From positions 220,344 through 284,343 of the forward strand of contig CAJINV010000001.1 of the NCBI GenBank assembly GCA_905178155.1: a stretch of 64,000 bases of DNA. The letters are read 5' to 3'. Of the stretch, positions 11,412-24,200 are shown piece after piece (position 1 is the stretch's first letter; every line of letters starts with the position of its first letter). The notes below the pieces were generated by a model. That model was not told the origin of the DNA. It searched no databases and saw only the letters and a program-made list of their open reading frames with translations. The translations under genes and the position numbers were made by a program. This DNA comes from Amoebophrya sp. A120 (taxonomy: Eukaryota; Protista; Dinoflagellata).

Positions 11412-14400
11412 CTACTTCCGTACCATCCGCATCAACGGAGCGTACAGGAGGGACGACAAGACGTAGATTGCCGCCGCGTAGGTAAAGGCCGGGCGGTAGT
11501 CGCCACTGTGTCCGTCGGCCAGCACCCCGCCAAACAAGGCACTGCCGCGGAAAGCGAATCCGTTGAAGGACAGTAGGGCGTTCCACTTGCCGCGGTTTTC
11601 CGTCGCAACGTGGTCCATTAGAATGCTTTTGTCGAACCCCGGGGTGGCCATGGCAAACGACCCGGTGACCAGGAAGATGACCAGCACGGCTGGCTCGTAG
11701 TAGGTAACTCCCGCGATCCAGGACGTGAATGTTCCTGCGGTCGGAGGAGTTGATGTTGATGTGGTTGCTGGATTTGATTCTTGTAGTTCCAGCGCACCAA
11801 CGGCAGCACTAGAACTACCGGTAGAAGCGCCTGCAGTGGATGCGGCTGTAGTACTAACTAGCGCGTAGGTTCTTGTTCTACTCGTTGTTCCAGCTGGTGC
11901 GACGTCTCTTCCTAGTAGTTGTATCTCTTTATTCTTCGTCACAGCCGGCATGAAGATGGTATTCTTAGCACTCTTCGTTGGTTCAAGTTCAACAACATGA
12001 TCCACGTGGTCGTGAATGTTATCAATCGCGGAAGGTGCTTGATGTGGTCCGCCGGCGAGGTAGATCATTTTGTTTTTGAACGGATTTAGTGCTTGTAGTT
12101 GCCCTAGTTCTTGTTCTACTTCTTCTTCCCCGGCTGCTGCATTCATTTTCGTAGTTGTCAAAACCTCGCTCCGCAGCTCCTTCGCGATCTTCATTCCATG
12201 TTGCGTCCCCGAGTCAATCGGTTCCAGCAGCATTCCTATCCTAGTACACAACTTCTACCCCATCATCTCCCACTCATCTTCGATGAAAGGCATATATTTT
12301 GGGAAGCAGCTGCAGAAGCTAGGACTACACAAATCCAAATGCAAGAACTTGTTTTGCATGACGATTCTTCTGCACTTGTTGAATTGTAGTACTGGTTCTT
12401 AGGGTTTCCGTTCCGCAACCCACGATGCAGAGAGTGCGTAATAAGGCAATGGAAGATTTGTTTTTGGTATGCTTCACAAATGGACGGAGCGGGAGTTGAT
12501 GTAAATGTAAATACGCACATTCATAATTCCAGTGTAGGTCGTGGAAGGAACCGAAGCACAGTCCAGCAAGGTCGGTAGGATCGTCGTCTGCGATGTCGTC
12601 CCTCGTCCAGCTGTCACCAAACCTACGTCGCTTTGGAGGTTCTGTTCCCCAAATAACATCGACCACCAGAACCACGTCGGAGGTGCGACCTCCGCTGTTG
12701 CTGGCGTCTGGAGTAGATAATCTTCACACAACCGACTTGTTGTAAAATAAGGCGAGGGTTGATTGTTGAAGGCCGCGAGTCCTCGTCCTGAAGATTCGGT
12801 TGCTGGCCTCTGCATTATTTGATTTTCTTGCAGCTCTTGCTGTCCGTCCTCCGCGAGGGCTGCTGCTGATGATGAAAGAACAGAGCGGCCAGCAACTTCT
12901 GCAACAGGTGTCAATGCGTTGTGGTTCATGTCTTCAGCGGGCGCAGTGGTTCTTGCGCTGTCTAGTTGCAGAAGCCAAACGAAGTCAGTTGAAGTCGTCG
13001 CACCTGTCCCGTGCCCGTCACCACCAGAACCACTCGCCATAATCTCCGCAGACGAGGACGAGAAGGGAAATGCCCCGCCGATGAGCCAGAGACCCAAGAT
13101 GGCCACGAGGCGGCAGACCATGCTTACCTTCGCGCGGCTGCTGCTGAACAGCGGTAGCAGCACGCGGTTGCACACCTCCGCCATGAAGACCATGCACAAG
13201 GGGTACACGATCTGCAGGACGCAGATCGCGTTGGGCCCGAACCCGAAGTCCTGGATAAAAAACAGGTTGAAGTACTTGAACGTCATGCCCGCCCCGATGC
13301 ACTGCGCGAAGTCTGCCACGGCGATCACGTAGGGCGCGTACCGCTTAAAGTCGCGTTTCGTCGCCGCGTCCGGGTCCTCACCGCCCAGCAACGCCTCGGT
13401 CAGCTGGCCGGCGTTTCCACCATCCTTCGGCCCACCGGACCGTCCGACGCTTTGCAGCCCCGAGATTTTCCACACGGCCGGGAGGATGAGGACCAAACCC
13501 AGAATGAGGATGAAGTGCAGCAGGTCCATATTCCAAAACACATCCACCGCTGCCGCACCCACCTGCTGCGTGGCGGCGGGTGGAACGGCTTCTTGGATTG
13601 CGGCAGTGGACGAGGGGGATCCTGGAGGTGGACCTCCTGTAGCTGTCGTGACGACCACCGGCGTCGTCTGGTCGAGGTCCACGCCAATTTGGTCGGCGAA
13701 CTCGCCCCGCGTCAGCATCACCATCGGCGACACGTAGTGCCGGAAGTACTCCACACAGAGAATCCCGAGCACCGGGGAGAACGCGACGCCACTGTAGCTC
13801 GCGATCATCTTCTTCGTGAACCAATCGGCCGAAATTTTCGCCTGGTCCTCCGTCGTGCTCCCGCCTGGAGTGGGGAAAGTGAGAGTGTTGTAAGTACTAT
13901 GAGACACACATGAAGATCGTTCTGATTCTCTTGTACTTCTTACTAGCTCCTCCGCCGAAAAATCCTTGCAAGTATGATGTTCTTGTCCGACCACCAGCAC
14001 AAGAATAAAGACCTGCTATGTCATTTTCTAACACTACTCTTGTTGCGCTGTCTACTCGTGCGAAAAAGAAACGAATCCGAATCGCAAAAATCCAGTGAAC
14101 TATGTTCGAAATGCAAACAAAACGATTGCAACTAATTCTAATCCGCACCTCAATCTTTATCTCTTTAGTTTTACGTATGTAGAATGATATATTACAATTT
14201 CAACACACCTTCCTGTGATAATATCTGCACACTGTCGGCGAACAGCGTCTCGGAGCTGGAGGTGAGGCCCTCGTAGAAGATTCCCAGAATGACCATGGCC
14301 ACGTAGATGAAGGGCAGGTAGTTGGACGCGAACGCGCTGCCGAGCAGGAAGACGGCGCCCAAGTATGAACAGCAAAATTATCGCACTCGTAGTAATCCCA

Positions 14401-14867
14401 CTCATTACTTCTCGAGGTAAAACCGCATTACAAATTTCATATCATTTCTCATGCTGACAAAATTTGTCATGCGATTTCTACTAGTACGATACTTTTGCAC
14501 AGGATACCAAGCCCAATCTTGCGATCCACCGGGCGAGCACGTTCCGGCGCTCCGGCTGGCGGTCCACCACCAGCCCCACGGGCCAGAACACCAACAGCTG
14601 CGAAAACCCGAACAAGGACTCGCAGAACCCCACCGTGGCGTTGGCGCGCGCCCCGTCGTGCGCCTGCTGCACCTGGAGCACGTACTTCTCGAAAAACGGG
14701 CCCAACGCCGTTCCGATGCTGATGGCGCTGCAAAAGTTGTAAACAATGATGCACCACACATTGTGCAGCGCAGCGTCCTTCTTCTTCTGGAAGGCTGCAG
14801 ATGTTGACCCGTCAACTTTATTATCCCCGCCGCCAAAAGCAGCGGAGGCCAGAAGCGTTTCCGTCAT
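11412..14867 (-). CDS. major facilitator superfamily transporter with long low-complexity inserts
   Basis: TM segments and MFS-like motifs (GLVVDRQPERR, LFADSV, GAGMTFKYFNLFF, ILMDHV..ENRGKW, GGVLAD). Interrupted by TIR elements 14364-14506 and 12237-12525 and a GT-AG intron at 13865-14208. Confidence 0.85.
12237..12525. mobile_element. TIR intron element, group C (degenerate)
   Basis: tatcctagtacacaac...gggagttg..gcacattcata; DR attcc/attcc; join TG|MLLEP. Confidence 0.8.
14364..14506. mobile_element. TIR intron element, group D
   Basis: DR ccaag/ccaag; join LGL|GAVFLL. Confidence 0.92.
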
Positions 14868-15569
14868 CGCAGCTGCTCTCGCCGACAGGAGATGTCGCAC
14901 ACTCACGCGGAACCGGAAGATGTCGTGTATACTACTGCTGGTGCAGAAGCTTTCTTACTGGTTTTATCTATCTTTACCGTGGCATGTTGTCGTCTAAAAG
15001 ATGGGTCGGTCTTGTTTGTGGGTACTACACATCAGGTTGAGGTACTGTTTGAAAATTCTCAATCAGAGAAGGATCTACAAGTTGCTGGAAAAAAAAAACT
15101 TGCCAATACGACAGAAGCTGTTCTTTGTGTCCGTCGTGTACGTGCAAGTGCATGAAAATCAGAATGTCGTCATTAACATTATCGTGAACACTTGTCCTGC
15201 TCGCGGACGTCATCAATTCTAGATGCCGAAGATGACTCGTGTGCCACGTTTTTCCATTTCCGCGCACTAACTTAACAATTTCAATTACGTCACTTGCGTA
15301 TGCTTTGAAAGGGAAGGTCCGACAAGGTCGTGAGTTCTTATCTTCATCATCTCTTACATCGTATATCGCACAGCGCTAGCTGGGAGACGTGGTTACACAT
15401 CACAGCAACTGTGGCGAGCGAGAAAATATCGCTTGTCCCGAACCTAGCGACGTGCACGGCAACAGCGAGGGTTCTGCTTCTGTTCTCATGCTTTTCGTGA
15501 AATACACAAGAAGAAGAACGACCAGCGCGTTCTCCCACTCCGACAGATAGAGATGTGCTCATCTTCATT

Positions 15570-17226
15570 TTACTTCTGCGCTGCATCATACGCACACATT
15601 TGGTACAATTTGGTGCGCAGCAGGTACTGGACCTGCGACTCCAGCACCTCCTCGAGATCACTGGCCGCCTTGCGCGGGTGCAGCTGGCGGATCTGTTCCT
15701 CGAGCGTTTTCATGCGGCGGAGCTCCAGGATCTGCTTGCGCAACTTGAGGACGAGCCGTATGAAAGCCTCAGAATGGAAATCCTCAACGTGGAAATAATT
15801 TGTGATGCATGAAATGCGACGCAAAAAAGACTGTGCTGCAGAAGACGCCATGGAGGCCGATTATTGTCCTTCTACGGGTTGAGAATTGGAGTGCTGATTA
15901 GCATGAGAGAAGGGCACCCCTTTGCCTTAACCTGCATGACAGAAATGCTTTGAGTGCACGGGAAACTTGTCATGCGCCGCCTAGAAGTGGCGCTTCAACT
16001 GGAGTGGTTTTTTGCATTACATACAAACGTAATTATTTTCACTTTGAAATTTTCGAAACTGAGGCTTTCATAAGCCGGGGGTCCCGCTGCTTCGCCTCGA
16101 CCAGGAGTTCCAGCCGCGCGTAGAGCGCCACGGCCCAGGCGTCGGACAGGAAAAAGCTGGTGTCGCACGTTTTACCCCCCGGGGTTTTTACTGAAGGAAA
16201 GTTGCTGATCGTCTTTCGCGCGAAAGCGAACAGCTGCTCCCGCGCGACGTCGCGTGCGAGCGAGGTTCTACTTGAGGGAGGAGAGGGCGAGGATGAAGTT
16301 GATGTCGAGGAACAATCGCTAGAAGAATTCATCTTGTTCCTACCACCACTAGAACAACTGCGGAACAGGACCTGCTCGCGCGCGCGCTGTGGGTGCACCT
16401 GCAGCAGCGGTAGTCCGGGCCACAACCGCTTCAGCTCGGTCAGCACGACGCCCTGCATTTTCCCCGTTTCGATTTGCCGCCCCAGGTCGTGCTTCGCCGC
16501 GGCCAGGCTCCGGTCCTTCAGCGTGTCCTCTAGGGCCAGCCCCGTAAACGGGTAGTTCGCTTGCTTCAGGCGCTCCAGGGCAACGCACACGCTGCCGGAC
16601 ACACTGTCATACGCGGACGAGGCAGTGGAGGATGATGAAACGAATTTTTCTTTCGCAGTCTGCGACCACGTTCCTGTAGTTATATTTTCCGCCGCCGTAG
16701 TAGTTGTCCCTGAAGACGCCGAGGATGACGCTGCTCCTGGTGCTCCTGTCCCCGCCGCACCGTGTCGAATCAGGGCGAATCGCTGCGGCGCACCGGTCTC
16801 GTAGCGGACTATCGCAAAGCCGGTGGAGCGAAACCCGACGGATAGACCGAGTATCAGCCCGTCGGCGGCGGAACACGATCCGGCCTGTTTCGTGGGGGAG
16901 GACGTTTCGGTGGGGCTACATCTTGCCGCGCCAGACATGGTAGACAACTGCCTTCGACTTGTGCAACGAAGATGTGCCGACGTCCCACGAACATCAATCT
17001 GCTGGCCGCTTGTTGAAGATCGCTGTCTTGGTGCTTCGTAACCAATACCCTCGATGAACTGCATATTCGCGCAGGATGCTGGAAGGTGGCGCAATTTCGG
17101 TGCAGCAGGAGCGCTCAGCCCACTTGAGCGTGTTCCATGTCGTTGTCCAGCGGTCGTTGTGTAATATACACTTGCTGAAGATGAACAACCATGCCCCACG
17201 TTGGCCTGGCGCAGCGAAGTCCTCAT
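15570..17226 (-). CDS. RuvC/RNase H-fold-like protein with Arg/Ser-rich N-terminal extension
   Basis: LILGLSVGFRSTGFAIV, LALED, LLQVHPQRAR and LSDAWAVALY occur in RuvC-like order; two exons joined across element 15759-16072 (DPRL|VLKLRK). Confidence 0.55.
15759..16072. mobile_element. TIR intron element, group H
   Basis: tatgaaagcctcag...ctgaggctttcata; DR agccg/agccg. Confidence 0.92.
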
Positions 17227-17793
17227 TCTTTTCCTATGTGTGAAACTGAAAGTAGACAGAAACCGACCTAATAATTTCAACAGCGGATCGAGATTGTCCA
17301 GGATGGAACGCTCAACAACACGGATAAGATCAACATGAACATATCAACTCTTGCTACAAAATAGATCTCCTTCAGATCGAATAAACGGTTGATCGCCGAT
17401 CTTTTTGAACCTCCATTCAGTTATCTGCAAGGAGCGTTTGCATCTTGAAAAAAAACGAAAACATCGACTCGGATGGAAGGGTCTTGATCTTCATCCTCCT
17501 GTTCCTGGCAGTAGTTTTCGACTTTGGGCTGTTGAACTCTATGTTCGTAAGTACAATTCGACTTGCCGCAGAAAATGAAAAGAAGATCGTCACCGTAGAA
17601 CAAACCACCGCCATCGCACGACGCCAGTGCGGCTTTCAGTCTGCTTGAGGAAGTAGAAAACGGACGGCACGGAGATTCAGATTCTGTGAACTGCAAGTAC
17701 TAACTGTTGTTCAACTCGAAATGTATGAAAATTCCAGCAGTTCCAAGATCTGATCGCGCAAGAAAGCTTGTTTTTCACCATCTTTCCACCCTT

Positions 17794-18520
17794 CTAGCTT
17801 TCTGCCGTCCCTTCCGCACCGATCATTCCCGTGGCCGTCGCATCGGCGGCGGCCGCTTTTCTCGCCTTGAGGTGTTCGCTGTCCCAGGTTGACAAACTCT
17901 TTTCTAGCCAGTCTTTACCTTGATGCAGCTCGGCCCAATAGGTTATGTTGAGAGCGTTAGCTCTGTATGAAATGGAAATATGTCTGGGTCTGGAAGAATG
18001 CAGATTTTTGTCATGGTGTTTTTGCATGGCACAGACTGTCTGTCATGGACGAAGCCCTAGCATCACAGAGTTCGAGAAGCTTCCGCATTGCCTAATCCGC
18101 ATGACAAATCCCCCACTTTGGTAACGGGAAGTAGTGGGCATCTTTTGCTGCCTCTGCATGAGAGATTTGCTTGTGTTGTGAAATGCGCATCACAAGGTCG
18201 CATTCTTCCAGACCCAGACATATTTGCAATGCATACTCTGCTGCGAAGGCCTGGGCGGTCCCCGTAGAGCGTCTGCACGTACGTTGCGTATCCAAGAAAA
18301 AAACGTTGTTAGTGTAAATTTGTGATGCGCAACACTCAAGATGATTGCGTGTGTCATGCTTGGCACGTATCGCAGGGTCCATTAAAGGGCGTTTTCACAT
18401 ACTATCTGCGCATGACAGGTTTTTGCTGTCATGCCAGACAAATTTGTAATGCTGTTCCTCCAAAAAAGTTACACCTACAATGTTTTTTTCTTGGATATTG
18501 CGTTGCGAAAAAATAGTATG
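17794..18520 (-). CDS. terminal exons of unknown affiliation (possibly the 3' end of paralog B)
   Basis: open frame RNA|TYVQTLYGDRPGLRSR|ANALNITYWAEL across two elements. Confidence 0.45.
17966..18235. mobile_element. TIR intron element, group A
   Basis: DR ctctg/ctctg. Confidence 0.92.
18289..18497. mobile_element. TIR intron element, group I
   Basis: tatccaagaaaaaaacgttgt...acaatgtttttttcttggata; DR ttgcg/ttgcg. Confidence 0.9.
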
Positions 18521-18758
18521 CAGTTGTGAATAAAAGAATTTCCCACTTGGCGGCTTCCTCGGGTCGGTAGTTTGTTGATTAAGAGTTCAACTTCAATTGC
18601 AATCGAAGATGCGATAAACAAGTAAGTACTTATATTGCAATGTAAAATCCAAATAGAAGTTTAAGTAGGTCTCTCTAGCCGGAGCGAACTGCGAGGTTTT
18701 TTAAAGTGCTTAGCCTGTCGTGTTGGGTTGAAGAGAAGAAGAAAAGCGAAAATGGACC

Positions 18759-21700
18759 CTAACTAGAATGGGCGCGGCGCGTGTGTGGATAAACAAGTAA
18801 GTATACAGGTCTTAGAGGCGTTCGATTCAACTTGAACCTCGATTCAGATCGAGAGGTTCCATTCCATTTCCATACAACTCGAACAAAACGTTCCTCAATA
18901 CAGGCGCGCTGGATTATCAATCGCCAGGACCACGTGTGGAGCAGACAGAGCCAGAGGACAATTCTTCTACACAGCGTAAGCACGGATGGGTGCTGCCCGA
19001 GCTCAAGCGCGTGGCGGCTTTCCGGGTTGAAGAAGGCGAGATCTGCTATTAATTGCAAAAGTATCGTACTCGTATAAATGCATTACAAATTTCCTCAGCA
19101 TGAGAAAGAAAATTTGTAATGCGAATTTACCTGAAGGAAAAGATTTGTAATGCATGACTGCAATACGAGTACGATACTTTTGCACAGAATATCTGCATCC
19201 AGACGTTTATTCCATTTCGGGTGCGTCATGTAGTGACCGGTGATGAATGCGACGTTGTCCCAATAGGAAAAGCACTATGGGGCTCTCAAACGTTACATTC
19301 TCAACTATTACATGAATTTGTGATGCTAAACCGACCGAAACCACAAACGCAACCCATAGGGCACCTTTCCGCAGATGGTCAGGCCACCGGGTCGCGGAGT
19401 CAGGCGGACCGAAGCCATCGCCATCACACTCGGGCACATCCAACTATTAATGATGGCGCACAGATTGTAATCCTATTTACCTTGTCGAGAACTTGTCATG
19501 CGAAGAAGCTTGAGCGTGAGAAGCGTGATAGTGATTCTGCATGACAAATTCCATGTAACAGCTGAGAATGTAACGTTTGAGAACGTCATAAGTGCACCAT
19601 TTTTTTTCGATCCTCGGAGGTGTTCCCCATCACATACCAAGTACTTTCGTCCGGAACGATGTCCACAACCCGCCTGAATGCGTTATTTTTCAGAACGCTG
19701 TCGACCCATACGTGCGGCTGCGTATCAAATGCAAAAATGTCTGGGTCTGGAAGATTAGAATTTGTCATGTTAAATCTGAATGATGCATAAATCTGTGTTG
19801 CGTGAGTACCAAAAGCTGTCCGCTTTTGCCCAAGTTGAGAGGGAGTCTCTCATGCAGGAAAGGCATGATAGAGACCTCAAAGAATCTGTCATGCTGGGTC
19901 TCGCATTCCAGACCTCATGGGTCATGGAAAACCTGCATCACAAATCTTGCATTCTTCCAGACCCAGACATATTTGCATTTCATACTGCGTGTCGAAGCGC
20001 AGGACGTCATCCGCGTTCGAATTCGCCCGCCACTATGAGAGTGCACAACTCGTCCCCTGCCCCCCTATTTGTATAGCATGACGAGTAATACAAACACGAC
20101 CACAAGTAGAGCCTATGCATGACATCAAGTTTGTGTGCCTAATGTAGTACTTACTGTTTGGGCTTCCGGAAATTGTCATGCAAACGGTGCCACAAGGAAG
20201 CGAGAGCGACTGCCTTCGGGGTTTTGCATGACAAATGAGGGGGAGGGGGAGTTGTGCACTCTAATAGCCATCCGAAAAAACCGCGAAGCGCGTGGTCGTA
20301 GGCGGCAAGGACAGGGTATCACATGCAAAAGTAATGTACTTGTAGTAATTGCAATCATGCATGACAAATGTTTTTCTTAAGGTAAAGCGGCATTACAAAT
20401 TTTATTTCTCATGATTTGTAATGCATTTATACGAGTACAATACTTTTGCAGTTGATACAGGGAGGAAAAAAATGCAGTAGGCCCCCAGCACCTCCATTGT
20501 GAAAGAGGCTCGAGCGTAGGTGACGCGTTTCTTCTTTGTGTCGAACAAAAACTTGTAGAAGGCGTTCGTGTCCAGGGGGAGAACGGGGGAACGAGGAACA
20601 CAAGCAGCAACTACTGCGTCTTTCTTGTCCTGGTCCTCGTCCTTTATTTCGGGAAAGAAGAAGAAGTGCGCGCTACCAGTCGTCCTCGCAGAATCTTCTT
20701 CTTCGTCCCTAGGGTGGAAAGCCTTGTTGAGGGGTATTGCAGTGAAAAATGCCCCCACCCCAGATGAACTTGGCAGCGTTTGTATAATTGCAAACCTTCG
20801 GTTCCCAATGGACGAAACACTCCCCGTCTTGCTCTTGCATTTTCATCGCAAATTTTCCATGCTGAAGAGCTCAGATTTGTGTTGCAAAGGAGCCCAACAG
20901 CAGCCGGATCTGTTATGCAAAAGACACCTTGCGCACCTAGATTCTGCATCAGAAAGGTGGCTCGCAATCCTTTCAACATGCAAGACAAAAGCCTTTCATT
21001 TGAAAACTTTGCATGACAAACTTTTGCAAATGAAGGGGACGAGGGGGCATTTTTCATTGCAGTAAGGGGTATCTTCAGGGCGACAAACAGGAGCCCAAAA
21101 ACCCAGCTGCCATATGAGAGTGCACAACTCCCCCTCCCCCTCATTTGTATAATGCAAGGGAACAAACTCAAGCCTTCCTCGTAGGCACTACTTGCATAGC
21201 AAATTTTAGAACCAGAACCTCACACGACCGTACTACAATCCGTGCGCAGATTTGTCATGCGGAAGCCCCTGGTGTGTCTGCTGTTGGTTGTATTGCTGTT
21301 CATGCCATACGAAAGTGGGAGAGCGAAGTTGTGCACAACTCTCATATGCCGCAGAGAAACACGAGTCGCAGCCAAACGATTCGATTCCAGGGCCGGGGCG
21401 ACGTGGCGTAGTCAAGACACCCAATTTGCCATCTTTTATGAGATGCAAACATGTCTGGGTCCTCTGGAAGAGTGCAAGTCTGTCATGCTTCTCTCGCATG
21501 ACTCTGAATTCTGTGATGCGAGGGCAGGAAAAGAGGCTTTGCCTGCCATGCAAAAACGCAGTCTGCCATGCGCAAAACGAATCACATAGCAGCCCGAAAA
21601 ATTTGTCATGCTTGCTTGAGTATTGCAGTGCGCATACCATTCACTTTTGGCATTACAACTTTCCAGACCCAGACATATTTGCAATGCACACAGCTTCGCC

Positions 21701-23868
21701 TCGAACAAGGGCTTGGAATCGGTCACGCCGATCGCGTATGCATTGCAAATATGTCTGGGTCTGGAAGAATGCAAACTTGTGATGCGCTTGCGCATTTCAC
21801 AACGCATAAAAATCTCTCATGCATAGACAGCGAAAGCTGCCCACTTTCTGTCACCAAAGTGGGGCATTTGTCATGCAGAATCGGCATTGCTCAAGCTTCT
21901 CGATGAAATCTGTGATGCTAGAGCCTCCATACCAGACCTTCTGTGTCATGCAAAAGCGGCATGACTCCTCCAGACCCAGACATATTTGCATTCGATAGCG
22001 CATCTACCGGGTCGAAAATCGCTGTCAAGTAGGAAACGGGTACATTTTCACCCCAAAACAGCTGCACCGATTCGAATACGACAAGAAGAAGCATGCCGAG
22101 CGGCGCTGCGATGCCGTGGATCGTCGAAAAGTACTTGGCAATCGTCGCCTTAAAGTGCGACAGCTTCGGGCGTTTCTTTTCGAAGGGGAAGTACGCCTTT
22201 AACGCGGGGTTGGACAAGGTTAAGAGGTTATGCATTTTTGCAAATATGTCTGGGTCTGGAAGGTTGATGCAACTTGTCGTGCTAAATCTGGATCGCGCCA
22301 AAAGTTTGTGTTGCATGAACACCAAAATATGTCCACTTTTGGATCAGTTCAGAGGCAGTTTCTCATGCAGGATAGGCATGCTAGACGTCTCACAGAATCT
22401 GTCATGCCAGGCCCTGCATGCCAGACCACATGGGTCATCGTGAATCTGCATCACAAGTCTTGCAATCTTCCAGACCCAGACATATTTGCATTTGATAGAG
22501 GTACCCGCCGGTCTCGATCACGGCTGTCACCACGTATGGGATTCTCAAACGTTACATTCTCAACTGTTACATGGATTTGTCATGCAAAACTACCTTAAGC
22601 CGCCAGATGGTCAAGCTGCTTCGCATGACAAATGAATCTGCGAAGGGCTAAACAGCACCTAAATCTGTGCGGAACTTGTAATGCAAAAGGCGCAAACTTC
22701 GCCCTTTCACTTTTGCCGTTCTTGCATTTTGTAACAGTTGAGAATGTAACGCTTGAGCACGCCATACCACGAAGCAAAAGCTTGGAACCACCAGCCAAAA
22801 CCCCCGCGCAATCAGTTCATTCGCGAGCGCGAGCTTGGGCATTCCCGGGTCGCCCAGAAGGGTGTCCGGTAACTTTTCGCTGCGCGGCGTGCTCCGCCAC
22901 GGACACCAGGACTCGTAGACCTCGAACGTGTAGGCGGAGAGTAAGGTGCTGATCATGTACAGAACCAGCGCCAGGGTCCAAATTTTCCCCGCCGCGCTGC
23001 CTTGGTCACACGTCACGCAAGAGAGCGTACCCCGGATTTCGAAGTCGTAAGGCAGAACCTCCTCGATCTCCTCTACCAGCTCAAACTCGTTGTCGTCGCT
23101 TCGTGTTCGTTCTTCACCCTCGTTAATAATATCAGCTCCTGTTGTATCATCTGGCAGAGAAGGAGCGGCGGTTGAAGATGCAAGTCCATTCTTTTCTACT
23201 TCGAGACTTGTTTTAATATTCGTAGCAGCCTCGGCGCTAGTACTAACTCTGGTAGCAATAGTTGATGTTCCCTCGTAGTCGTAGTCCATCCAGCTCGCTC
23301 GCAGGTGTTCTCCGCGGGCTCCGTGGTCTCCTCCCGATCCCGTCGTAATATCCGCAGCATTGGAAGATATTGCCCCTTCAACGACCAGTTGTTCATCCTC
23401 CAAAACCGGCAATAGCACCTCGGAGTTGTGCCGGCTCTTTCGGTAGTGCCGCTTTACCTTTTTCGGGCACATCACCTGCCGCCAGGGGAGGATGGTACCC
23501 AACAGCACGAAGACAAAGCCCACGAACAAAAGCTGAAAGGCGAACATGGCCGCTTTCCGGGTGTCGCCCAACAGCAGGATCAACGCGAACTCGATCAGAA
23601 TCCAGGTCACCGCACCGCAAAACCGGATGCGGCCAAGAAGCTGCACGAACCGAGTGTCGTGTTCCACGACTCGTTCCTTCAGTTCCGCGTTCGCAGCTTC
23701 CAGCGCGTGGATCTTTTGCGCTACCGATACTTCTTCTTGTTCTTCTTGGTCCCCCGAATGGGAATGCAGCCCTTCGGCGTCATGATCAAGGGAACTCTGT
23801 TCTTTCCTCGCGAGCCGTGTCTGCAGCTCCGCGTTTGCGGCTTCGAGGGCGTGCATCTTCTGTTCCAT
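18759..23868 (-). CDS. multi-pass membrane protein, paralog B; split by 11 TIR elements; 5' end frameshifted near 23.9 kb
   Basis: ORF 22648-23868 continues in one frame after element removal: FVV|TAVIETGGYL|LTLSNP...DA|LGVTDSKPLFEAKL|WQIGC...CG|SWVF..IP|LNK...FLP|VLAAY..GW|RAN..DTQ|PHVW...VH|FSYW..DA|DLAFF. Confidence 0.8.
19047..19191. mobile_element. TIR intron element, group D
   Basis: DR tctgc/tctgc. Confidence 0.92.
19276..19590. mobile_element. TIR intron element, group E
   Basis: tatggggctctcaaacgttacattctca / tgagaatgtaacgtttgagaacgtcata; DR eroded (agcac/agtgc). Confidence 0.88.
19723..19984. mobile_element. TIR intron element, group A (young copy)
   Basis: DR ctgcg/ctgcg; near-identical to the reverse complement of 45461-45722. 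Confidence 0.95.
20034..20266. mobile_element. TIR intron element, group C
   Basis: DR gccac/gccat. Confidence 0.9.
20317..20457. mobile_element. TIR intron element, group D
   Basis: DR caggg/caggg. Confidence 0.92.
20735..21064. mobile_element. TIR intron element, group J
   Basis: tattgcagtgaaaaatgccccc / gggggcatttttcattgcagta; DR agggg/agggg. Confidence 0.9.
21113..21346. mobile_element. TIR intron element, group C
   Basis: DR tgcca/tgccg. Confidence 0.88.
21437..21690. mobile_element. TIR intron element, group A (DR lost)
   Basis: group A arms; flanks tcttt/cagct no longer match, but removing element+5 keeps the frame. Confidence 0.85.
21737..21997. mobile_element. TIR intron element, group A
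   Basis: DR tcgcg/gcgca; interior is the reverse complement of 17966-18235. Confidence 0.9.
22229..22497. mobile_element. TIR intron element, group A
   Basis: DR gaggt/gaggt; empty site in paralog C. Confidence 0.95.
22535..22766. mobile_element. TIR intron element, group E
   Basis: DR ccacg/ccacg; empty site (single ccacg) in paralog C at about 24416-24420. Confidence 0.95.
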
Positions 23869-24200
23869 AGCGCCCAGCCGCTGCAGAATGGAGGCGCCCA
23901 GCCAGAGGCTGCAGAAAGAGCTGTATCAATCGAGCTCGTGCCTTTCTCTCCCCCCGCTCCTCCCGCATTCTTTTGTGCCTTTGGACGAGCTGCATCTTGA
24001 TCCTGCTGCTGGTGGGCGTCTTGTTCAATCTCACCGTACGATTCCGGTTCAACATCAACGTCCTCCGGCGAGAACTCGCCTTCTTGGTCGACGAAGAAGG
24101 CGACACGAGCTGTTGTACCGGCTTTCGTCACATCCACGACAGTATTGGTGTCGACTTCCGGATGTGGAGGTTGGTGGAAATCTTTGTAGGCGCTGTCTTC

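Noticed and set aside
14053-14220. Possible group F element in the MFS gene
   Set aside because: Removal produces a stop, whereas a canonical GT-AG intron at 13865-14208 restores the frame.
19723-19984. Recurring short ORFs such as LPDPDIF, CKYVWVWK and MSGSG as a peptide family
   Set aside because: They are translations of the group A TIR in different frames.
19723-19984. Tc1/mariner TA target-site duplication
   Set aside because: A variable 5-bp DR lies outside the TA, and paralog C's empty site lacks TA, so TAT/ATA belongs to the element.
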